Translations under genes and position numbers: made by a program
NCBI GenBank assembly: GCA_963847255.1
Contig: CAWJYW010000021.1
Location: 90,319-154,318, forward strand
From: an uncultured Gaiellaceae bacterium
GTDB taxonomy: Bacteria; Actinomycetota; Thermoleophilia; Gaiellales; Gaiellaceae
Reading direction: 5' to 3'
Length of the DNA stretch: 64,000 nt
In this document: positions 11,877-20,189 of the stretch, piece by piece
Position numbering within the stretch: position 1 is the stretch's first letter
Layout of the letters: each line of letters opens with the position of its first letter
The notes under the pieces: model-generated
The model's input: the letters and a program-made list of their open reading frames with translations, nothing else
The model's database searches: none
Told to the model about the DNA's origin: nothing

Positions 11877-13136
11877 TCAGCCGAGGAGCGGCGGGCTCGC
11901 GAGCTGAGCGAGCTGCAGCGCCTGCTGCGGGAACCACGCTCCGGCCGGCGGGTCGACGATCCCCCACTCCGGATCGATCGTCGAGCCGGCGATCCCGCGG
12001 TTGCAGGAGCCGTCCGACTCGCCGGGGACCTTGATCCAGAGATACGCATCGACGAGCTGCTGGCCGAGCACCGGCGGCACACCCGCGCTGGCCGTCGGAC
12101 GGAGACCGAGCCCGCGGCCCGGTGGGTTGCACCAGTCCTGGGCGTCCGGGTACGACACCGTCGGGCGCCACGGCCCCTGCCCGTTGCGGCTCGTGTCGAC
12201 CACGAAGTGCGTCAGCTGGACGCCGGCGATGTTCGGGTCGACCTCCGCCGCGTACTTCTCGTCCGTCAGGTGCCACGTCGAGTAGTCGCTCGAGGTCGCG
12301 GGGAAGTACTGGCTGCCGCACCAGTCGAAGTGCCCTGCCGCCCAGGGAGGCCCGGCCGTCGCGAAGGCGATGCACTTCGAGATCCACGTTCCGTACTGGA
12401 CGAGCTGCGGCGTCGGCTGGTAGTTGGAGGCGTTCACGTAGAACCCCTGCGTCCGGAGGACGCCGGCCTTGTGCAGCCGGTACGCGGCTTCGCCCGAGCC
12501 CAGCCAGTTGCTGTGGGTGCCGTCGAGGTAGACGCTCGCGCGTGGCTGCTGCGCGAGCCTGTCGACGGCCGCGTTCAGCTCCACGTACCGGGCATCTGCG
12601 AGCGCAGACGAGCCGCCGGGAGGCTGGCACCACTCGTGCACGCCCTGGAGGTCGACGTTGTACGGAATGATCCCGAGCCCGTCCGGCTCGAGGATCACGA
12701 CCGCCTTGCCGCTGCCGATCCCCTTCGCGAAGCCGTCGATCCACGCGATGTAGTCGGCTGTCGTCGGCGCCCCGCCGGCCGAGTACTGGAGGCAGTCCCG
12801 GTAGGGCAGGTTGTAGGCGACGAGCACGGGGACGCGGCGCTGGAACGCCGCGGACTGCATCACCTTGCGGACCTGCTTCTCGGCCTCGACCGGCGTCCCG
12901 CCCGTGATCCAGACGGCGTGCCCCTGCGCGATCATCGCCGCGAGCTGCAGGACTCCCTTGAAATTCCGCTGCCGGAGCAGGTCGATCCCCTGCCGCACCG
13001 CGTCGGCGCTCGGTGCGGGTACGTAGAAGCGGGTGGCCGGATCGAGCGCTCGCGGCTCCGAGGCGCCCGACGCGGCTGGTGCCAGCACGACCACCGCGAC
13101 TGCCACGACAGCGCAGCGGAGCACGGCCCAAGTCAT
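11877..13136 (-). CDS. secreted glycoside hydrolase family 6 (endoglucanase/cellobiohydrolase)
   Basis: The signal peptide is MTWAVLRCAVVAVAVVVLAPAASGA. The GH6 core includes NLPYRDC, VVILEPDGLG and GKPGESDG-type motifs. The 420 aa ORF is intact. Confidence 0.8.
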   Translation of the reverse strand: MTWAVLRCAVVAVAVVVLAPAASGASEPRALDPATRFYVPAPSADAVRQGIDLLRQRNFKGVLQLAAMIAQGHAVWITGGTPVEAEKQVRKVMQSAAFQRRVPVLVAYNLPYRDCLQYSAGGAPTTADYIAWIDGFAKGIGSGKAVVILEPDGLGIIPYNVDLQGVHEWCQPPGGSSALADARYVELNAAVDRLAQQPRASVYLDGTHSNWLGSGEAAYRLHKAGVLRTQGFYVNASNYQPTPQLVQYGTWISKCIAFATAGPPWAAGHFDWCGSQYFPATSSDYSTWHLTDEKYAAEVDPNIAGVQLTHFVVDTSRNGQGPWRPTVSYPDAQDWCNPPGRGLGLRPTASAGVPPVLGQQLVDAYLWIKVPGESDGSCNRGIAGSTIDPEWGIVDPPAGAWFPQQALQLAQLASPPLLG

Positions 13137-13181
13137 GTTCCTCACGGTCTTCCCCCTGTCTGGGAATTGTGTGGAGATGCC

Positions 13182-13197
13182 ATGTAAAGGTTTACAT
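13182..13197. promoter_or_regulatory. LacI/cre-type operator palindrome ATGTAAAGGTTTACAT
   Basis: This AT-rich 7-2-7 inverted repeat, TGTAAA-GG-TTTACA, resembles the LacI-family consensus TGWAANCGNTNWCA with one central mismatch. It lies about 45 bp upstream of the GH6 start codon in about 70% GC DNA. Confidence 0.45.
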
Positions 13198-13229
13198 CGG
13201 CGCAACAGTCCCATATCGGGCCTCGGCCG

Positions 13230-14273
13230 TCAAGCAGGAAGAGCGTTCAATTCGGCCAGTGCCCGAAGGAGTCGCTCGACGTCTGCGGCCTCGTTGTACG
13301 CGGCGATCGAGACCCGGAGCAGGCTCTTCCCCTCCCACTCGCTGACGACGACCTCGATCCGGTGCTCGTCGAAGAGCCGGCGCTGGAGCGCGTCGGGATC
13401 GGCGGCCGCGACCTCGGAGGCCCACATCTGAGGCGCGGGCGTCTCGCCGCAGGGCGGCAGCCGGTCGTGGAACGACGCGGCGAGCCGGCGGCAGCGCTCC
13501 AGATCGAGCTTCCGGTGCGCCTCGATCGCCGCCGGCACGGTCAGAGCTGCCGCCGGATCCCGCGTCCCTTGCCAGCCATGGCGCTCGGCGAAGCTCGCCT
13601 CGGCGCCGTAGCCCCACGAGATCACGAGCGGTTCGATCCACCGCTGGTGCTCCGGCCTGGCCCAGAGGAAGCCCGCTCCCTTCGGTGCCGAGAGCCACTT
13701 GTGGCAGTTGCCCGCGTAGACGTCGGCGCCGAGCCGCTCGAGCTCGAGCGGGAGCTGTCCCGGCACGTGCGCGCCGTCCACGATCGAGAGCACGCCGGCT
13801 GCGCGCGCGGCGGCGCAGATCTCCTCGACCGGAAGAACGAGCGCGGTCGGCGAGGTGATGTGGCTGACCGAAACCGCCTTCGTCCTCGGGCCGATCGCGC
13901 CGGCGAGCTCGTCCGGCTCTGCGTAGACGAGCTTCGCCCCGGTGAACTCCCAGGTGCGCGTGACTGCGCCGTACTCGTGGCGGGTCGTCAGCACCTCGTC
14001 CTCCGGGCCGAGGCGGAGCGAGCGGATGACGGCGTTGAGGCCGGCCGTCGCGTTCGGGACGAAGACGAGATCCTCTGGGTGCGCACCGACAAACGCGGCG
14101 AGCGCCGCGCGCGCCTCGGCCAGCAGGTCGTGGAAGCGGCGCCCGAGGAACTCGGACGGGTTGCGCTCGAGCTCGCGCTGCAGCTCCTGGTAGCGGGCGA
14201 ACACGGGAGCCGGACAGGCGCCGTAGGCCCCGTGGTTGAGGTAGACGACCTCCGGGTCGAGCAGAAACCCCAC
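13230..14273 (-). CDS. class V aminotransferase (isopenicillin-N epimerase / cysteine desulfurase-like PLP enzyme)
   Basis: It reads LNHGAYGACPAPVF...VPNATAGLNAV...SVSHITSPTALVLPVEEI...GNCHKWLSAPKGAGFLW. The 347 aa ORF is intact. Confidence 0.75.
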   Translation of the reverse strand: MGFLLDPEVVYLNHGAYGACPAPVFARYQELQRELERNPSEFLGRRFHDLLAEARAALAAFVGAHPEDLVFVPNATAGLNAVIRSLRLGPEDEVLTTRHEYGAVTRTWEFTGAKLVYAEPDELAGAIGPRTKAVSVSHITSPTALVLPVEEICAAARAAGVLSIVDGAHVPGQLPLELERLGADVYAGNCHKWLSAPKGAGFLWARPEHQRWIEPLVISWGYGAEASFAERHGWQGTRDPAAALTVPAAIEAHRKLDLERCRRLAASFHDRLPPCGETPAPQMWASEVAAADPDALQRRLFDEHRIEVVVSEWEGKSLLRVSIAAYNEAADVERLLRALAELNALPA

Positions 14274-14290
14274 GCGGTTACTGTCTCACG

Positions 14291-15574
14291 GTGCTGAGCT
14301 ACCTCCGGAGCCTGAACCCGCAGTTGCCCCGGTCGGTGCAGATCCTTCAGCTCGGCGGGCTGCTGAACGCGATCGGGAACGGTCTGATCCTCCCGTTCAC
14401 GCTCATCTACCTGCACAACGAGCGAGGGATCGACCTCGGCACCGCGGGCCTCATTCTCGGCACGAACGCGGCAGTCAGCCTCGTCGCGGGACCGATCGCC
14501 GGCGCGCTGATCGATCGAGTCGGCGCCAAGAGGATGCTCGCGATCGCGCTCCTCTTCCTCACGGTCGGGATCGCCGGCTACTCGCTCGTCGAGACTGCCT
14601 GGCAGGGATTCCTCGCCGCGGCGATCGTCGGAGTCGGAAACGGCGCCTTCTGGCCGTCCCAGTCATCGATGCTCGCCGGGCTCGCGCCGCGCGAGAAGAG
14701 GCCGGCGGTGTTCGCGATGCAGCGCGTGACGATGAACCTCGGAATCGGCATCGGCGGCCTCGCCGGCGGCTTCATCGCCTCCGAGAGCTTTCAGGCGCTC
14801 TTCGTCATCGATGCGTTCACGTTCGTCGGCTACGCCGCTGTGCTCTGGCTCTTCGTTCCCGAGCCGCGCCAGGCAGTCGAGCGGGCCGCGCGCTCGGGGA
14901 GCTACCGGGTGGTCTTCCGTCACCGCGTCTTCATGGGACTGATGGTCGTGAACGCGGCTCTCATCGCAGCCGGGATCGCTCAGCTCGAGATCCTGCCCGC
15001 CTACGCGAAGAACGAGGTCGGCATCGCCGAGACCGGAATCGGCCAGCTCTTCTTCATCAACACGATGGCGGTCGTGCTCCTACAGCTTCCGGTCGCACGA
15101 CTCGCGCAGGGTCACCGGCGCATGACGTTCATGGCGCTGGTCGGCGTGGGCTGCGCTGCGTCGTGGCTGCTCGTGCCGGTGAGCGGACTGTGGCTCTCGG
15201 GCGCCGCGGCATTCGCGGTCCTCGCCTGCGCGGTCGCCCTCTTCGGCGTCGCGGAGTGCCTGCACGGCGCGGTCCAGCCCCCGCTCGTCGCCGACCTCGC
15301 AGACCACAGGCTGATCGGGCGGTACATGGCGGTCTCGGCGCTCTCCTGGCAGGTCGGCTTCACGGTCGGCCCGCCGGCCGGCGCTGCGCTCCTCGCCGTC
15401 TCGCCGACGGGCCTCTGGCTCGCGGCCGCGGGCGTCTGCCTGCTCGCCGGCGCAGCAGCGCTCCTGCTCGAGCGCGGCTTGCCCGAGGACGTCCGCCGCA
15501 CCCCGCGCGTCGCAGCGGCCGCCGCCGCACCGGCACCCCTCGCCGTCGTCGACGCTGTCGCACCCAGCGACTAG
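14291..15574 (+). CDS. MFS transporter
   Basis: The 427 aa ORF has 12 predicted TM helices and the MFS motif GALIDRVGAKRML. Confidence 0.8.
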   Translation: MLSYLRSLNPQLPRSVQILQLGGLLNAIGNGLILPFTLIYLHNERGIDLGTAGLILGTNAAVSLVAGPIAGALIDRVGAKRMLAIALLFLTVGIAGYSLVETAWQGFLAAAIVGVGNGAFWPSQSSMLAGLAPREKRPAVFAMQRVTMNLGIGIGGLAGGFIASESFQALFVIDAFTFVGYAAVLWLFVPEPRQAVERAARSGSYRVVFRHRVFMGLMVVNAALIAAGIAQLEILPAYAKNEVGIAETGIGQLFFINTMAVVLLQLPVARLAQGHRRMTFMALVGVGCAASWLLVPVSGLWLSGAAAFAVLACAVALFGVAECLHGAVQPPLVADLADHRLIGRYMAVSALSWQVGFTVGPPAGAALLAVSPTGLWLAAAGVCLLAGAAALLLERGLPEDVRRTPRVAAAAAAPAPLAVVDAVAPSD

Positions 15575-15613
15575 AATCGCCGCCATGCCCGTCCTCGAGG
15601 ACCCGCTCAGTAC

Positions 15614-16599
15614 CGATGCCCAGCCTGCCCCGCATCCGGCGGACACGGCCCGGCTCCGGCGCGGTCCCGTCCACGCTCGCTGAGCGCCACCCGCTCGAGC
15701 TCTCCGCCCGCGGGCTGACGTGGGTCCACCTCGACCACCCCGACCACGAGACCGCGAACGCGCTGGCTGAGCGCTTCGGCTGGCACGCCCTCGACGTCGA
15801 GGACGTGCTCTCGAAGCGGCAGCGGCCGAAGATCGACGAGTACCCGGAATACCTGTTCGCCGTCCTCCACTTCCCCGTCTACGACAAGGCGATCCAGCGG
15901 CTGAACGCGGCCGAGCTCGATCTCTTCCTCGGCGCGGACTACCTCGTCACGCTGCCGACCGTCGAGCTGCTGCCCGTGTCGCGCCTCTTCCGGCGCTGCG
16001 AGGAGGACGCAGAGCTGCGCGAGAGCCTCTTCGCCGAGGGTTCGGGACGGCTGCTCTACGAGGTGCTCGACGACCTCTTCGACTACTGCTTCCCGATCCT
16101 CGACAAGATCGGTCACAAGCTCGACTCGGTCGAGGACGACATGTTCGAGCGCCGAGCCGAGGACGTCGTCCGCGACCTGTCGAACGTGAAGCAGGAGATC
16201 ATCTCCTACCGCAAGATCATCAAGCCCGAGCGCACCACGCTCCGGCTGCTCGAGCGGCGCGTCGAGCGCTTCCTGCCGCACGAGCTCGACCTCTACTTCG
16301 ACGACATCGTCGACGGCGCCGAGCGGATCTGGGACCTGCTCGACAACTACAAGGAGGTCGTCGAGGGCCTCGAGTCGACGAACGAGTCGGTGATCTCGCA
16401 CCGGCAGAACGACGTCCTCCGCGTGCTCACGACTTTCAGCGCGATCCTGCTGCCGCTGACGCTGTTGGCCAGTGTCTTCGGGATGAACGTCGACTTCCCC
16501 GGCTTCGGCACCGCGGTCGCCTTCTGGATCATCGTCGCCGCGATGGTCGCGGTCGGTGCCGGCCTGCTCGGCTTCTTCCGCTGGAAGCGCTGGCTCTAG
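15614..16599 (+). CDS. corA: magnesium/cobalt transporter CorA
   Basis: It has the C-terminal TM segments with the GMN signature (LASVFGMNVDFPGF) and a CorA cytoplasmic domain. Confidence 0.85.
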
Positions 16600-16664
16600 C
16601 AGCTGCTAGAGTCGGGACGCTCAAGCCGTATCCAATTGACGGCGGGGCCGTTAGGTAAGCAACA

Positions 16665-16898
16665 ATGGTCACGAATTCTCCCACGCCGTCCGCCGCCAGA
16701 TTCCACCTGAACGACGCCGTCCGCCTGCTCGAATACCACGGCGACGTTCCCTCTGGCTCCATCGGCCGCGTCCTCGGATCGTTCCCGCGTCCTACCGAGA
16801 TCACCTACGTCGTCAGCTTCGTGGACGCCAAGGTCTGTGTGCTCGAGCTCCACGACGACGAGATCGTCTTCGTCGACGACTTCCGCGCTGCGGCCTGA
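16665..16898 (+). CDS. DUF4926-like small protein
   Basis: The 77 aa intact ORF reads HLNDAVRLLEYHGDVPSGSIGRVLGSF...VVSFVD. Confidence 0.4.
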   Translation: MVTNSPTPSAARFHLNDAVRLLEYHGDVPSGSIGRVLGSFPRPTEITYVVSFVDAKVCVLELHDDEIVFVDDFRAAA

Positions 16899-16919
16899 GC
16901 CACCCTCTAAGCTGAGGTC

Positions 16920-17550
16920 GTGTCGCTGAACCAGGAGGCGATCAGCGACCGCGCTGAGCTTGTCGTCGCTGCGCTCCGGCTCTCCTACTTCACGATCGGG
17001 TGGAACGGCGCCGTCGGCGTCGCGGCTCTCATCGTGTCCGTCATCGACGGCAGCCTTGCCCTAGCCGGGCTCGGCCTTGACCGCGATGCTGGACTCGGCG
17101 GCCTCGGTTGTACTCGTGTGGCGCTTCCGCACGGAACGCCATGATCCAGTCGCGGCAGAACATCTCGAACGGCGGGCGCAGGCGTGGGTCGCACTCACGA
17201 TGATCGTCGTCGCGTTCTACGTCGGCGTGCAATCCATCCGTGCGCTCATCGACGGCTCTCATCCCGAAGCCTCGGCGTTCGGGCTGATCCTCGCCACCGC
17301 ATCGCTCGTGGTGCTGCCCTGGCTGGCGCGCCTCAAGCTCCGCGTCGCTTCGCGCCTTGCCAGTCGAGCGCTGCGCGGCGATGGTGTCCTCACCGCGGCG
17401 TCAGCTGCCCTGGCGGCGGTTGCGCTGGCGGCCTTGATCGTGAACGCCGCTTTTGCGTGGTGGTGGGCAGATCCAGCCGCTGCCCTGCTGATCGCCACTG
17501 CGCTCGCGATCGAGGCAACGCGCATCGTCGTGCGCCACCGGTTCGGCTAG
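16920..17550 (+). CDS. cation diffusion facilitator (CDF)-like transporter, TM domain only; frameshift near 17080
   Basis: The TM helices carry the CDF signature SLAL(A)GLGLDAMLDSAASVVLVWR. There is no C-terminal cytoplasmic domain before the stop. Confidence 0.5.
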
Positions 17551-17564
17551 ACCCTCTGGGGCTT

Positions 17565-17786
17565 CTAGCGCTCGCGGTAGACGATGCGGCCGCGCGTCAG
17601 GTCGTACGGGGACAACTCGATCTTGACCCGATCGCCCGGATTCATCCGGATCCTGTAGCGGCGCATCTTGCCCGACGTGTAGCCGAGCGCTTCATGGCCG
17701 TTGTCCAGCGCAACGCGGAACATGCCGCCGCCGAACGCTTCCATGATGTCGCCTTCCAGCTCGACTTTTTCTTCCTTGACGCCCAT
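17565..17786 (-). CDS. infA: translation initiation factor IF-1
   Basis: It reads [71 protein letters not shown]. Confidence 0.95.
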   Translation of the reverse strand: MGVKEEKVELEGDIMEAFGGGMFRVALDNGHEALGYTSGKMRRYRIRMNPGDRVKIELSPYDLTRGRIVYRER

Positions 17787-17885
17787 GCGTCTCCCTCTCT
17801 AGCTACCGGCCGCGCGGCCTCGGGAACTGCCCGGGCTGGGACCACGGTACCGCAGATCGCCTCCGCGCGCGCAAAATAGGCCCTT

Positions 17886-18047
17886 CTAGGCGTCGAATTC
17901 GCGCGCGGCGCACCGCGGGCAGTACACGAGCAGACAGGCCTCCGCGTCCAGGTAGGCCCGCCAACCTCGCGCCGGTCCGGACTCGGTCCGGCATTCGAGG
18001 CACACGAGCTCACCGACCATCTGCTTCTCCGACGCCTGTTTGTCCAT
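17886..18047 (-). CDS. small Cys4 zinc-ribbon protein
   Basis: It reads MDKQASEKQMVGELVCLECRTESGPARGWRAYLDAEACLLVYCPRCAAREFDA, with two CxxC pairs. Confidence 0.4.
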   Translation of the reverse strand: MDKQASEKQMVGELVCLECRTESGPARGWRAYLDAEACLLVYCPRCAAREFDA

Positions 18048-18168
18048 CACTCCCAGCTTGCCGGACACGTTCCTGTCCCACACTCCCCCGTTCGACGCGG
18101 CCGCCGTACTCCATTTCGGGGATCCTGCAGGCTCTCAAGAAGCGTCCCGCGGCGCCGAACACCGGCTC

Positions 18169-20150
18169 ATGCTCGCACGCGTCTGCAATCGAGTCTCTGC
18201 GCTCGCCCTGGTCGCGCTCATCTTCCTGTCGGGCCTCTACTGCGTGCGTCTGACGGTCGGTATCCCGATCGAGGCGCTCGACGTCTTCTTCGCGCGCTGG
18301 CTGTCTGCGCTCGCCTTCACCTTGGCAACTCTCGTGATTGCCGCGCGCGCGCTGAGCATCGAAGCGGCTCTCGACGGGGTGGCTGCTGATCGCGGCCGGA
18401 CAGGCATGCTGGGCGTTCGGTATCGCCTACTTCGCGATCGTGCTCTGGGACGCCGATCCGATGCCGTATCCCTCGCTTGCCGACGCCGGTTGGCTCGCGT
18501 TCTACATTCCGACCCTCGCGGGGATCGTCCTGCTCATCCGCGCCCGCACCGCCGGACGCACGGAGACCGTCTCGATGCTCGACGCGGCAATCGGCGCGCT
18601 CGCGATCAGCGCCGCGGGCGCAGCACTGGCCTTCGGCGCGATCGTCGATGCGACCGGCGGATCATCGCTCGCGATTGCCACCAATCTCGCGTATCCCCTC
18701 GGCGACCTCGCGCTCGTCGCGGTCATGGTCGGCGGCCTGGCGATGTCCGGCTGGCGGCTCGGCCGCCGTTGGACACTGCTGATGGCCGGCTGCTTGCTCT
18801 TCGCGATCACAGACACCGCCTATCTCTTCCAGATCGCCAACGAGACGTACCAGGAAGGCACGATCCTCGACGCGGGCTGGGTGCTCTCCTCGGCGCTCGT
18901 CGCACTGGCTGTCTGGCAGCCTTCGGCGGTCACCCGCGTCCGGGTTCAGGCCTGGAGTGCGTTCGTCTTCCCGGCCGCCTTCGGCGCGATCGGGCTGTCC
19001 GTGCTCGTCTACGCCACCTTTCGCCAGGTGCACGTGCTCGCGCTCGTGCTCGCCACGGCCTGTGTGGTGGCGGTGATCGGGCGGATGTCGCTGATCTTCC
19101 AGCAGAACCTGCGCATGATCCGCAGCCAGCGGCATCGAGGCCTCCACCGACGCCTCGACCGGGCTCGGCAACCGTCGCCAGCTGCTCGCCGACCTGGACG
19201 CGATCGGCGAGACGCAGGCCACGCTGGTGCTGCTCGACCTGGACGGGTTCAAGATCTACAACGACACCTACGGGCACCCGGCAGGAGACGCGCTGCTCGC
19301 CCGGCTCGGCCAGCAGCTGGCAGCGACGGCCGGGGAAGGTGTTGCGGCCTACAGACTCGGCGGTGACGAGTTCTGCGTCCTCGCCCAGGACGCCGACCGC
19401 GCCCAGGAGCACGCCCGCACCGCCTCCGCGGCACTCTGCGAGCACGGCGACGGCTTCGAGATCACAAGCTCCTACGGGTTCGCGACGATGCCCAAAGACG
19501 CCCACGACGCCGGCGAGGCGCTCCGAATCGCAGACCAGCGGATGTACACCCAAAAGCACGGACGCGAAAGCTCCGCCGGCCGCCAGAGCAAGAACGTCCT
19601 CCTGAGCGCGCTCGTCGAGCGCAACCCGGGACTCGTCCATCACCTCACCGACGTCGCAGAGCTCGCAGTCGACGTCGCCCGCCTGCTCGACCTCCCGGAA
19701 CACGAGATCGAACAGGTCCGCCACGCCGCAGAACTCCACGACGTCGGCAAGGTCGCAATCCCCGACGCGATCCTGCAGAAGAAAGGCCCCCTGACCGACG
19801 AGGAGTGGCGCTTCGTGCACGAGCACACCCTGATCGGCGCCCGCATCATCAGCGCCGCACCCGCCCTCTCACACGTCGCAAAACTCGTCCGCTCCAGCCA
19901 CGAACGCTGGGACGGCACCGGCTACCCCGACCGGCTCACCGCCGACGAGATCCCGATCGGCTCCCGCATCGTCTCCGCCTGCGACGCCTTCGCCGCCATG
20001 GTCACCAACCGCCCCTACCGCGAAGCCGTCGACCTGCCCGCAGCCCTCGAAGAACTCGCAACGCTGCGCCGGCACCCAGTTCGACCCCGCCGTCGTCACC
20101 GCCCTGACGACCGTGCTGACCGCACCGGCCGCACAAGCCGCCGCCTAGAG
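18169..20150 (+). CDS. membrane-sensor diguanylate cyclase/HD-GYP phosphodiesterase (copy 1; at least 3 frameshifts)
   Basis: The N-terminal roughly 8-TM domain is WLLIAAGQA.WAFG.AYFAIVLWDADPMPYP. The GGDEF domain has LLDLDGFKIYNDTYGHPAGD...RLGGDEFCVL. The HD-GYP domain has HAAELHDVGKVAIPD...HHERWDGTGYP. The gene ends with the shifted CAGTQFDPAVVTALTTVLTAPAAQAAA*. Confidence 0.75.
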
Positions 20151-20189
20151 TTCTCTCAAGAACCAGCCTGCGGCGCCGAACACACGGGC

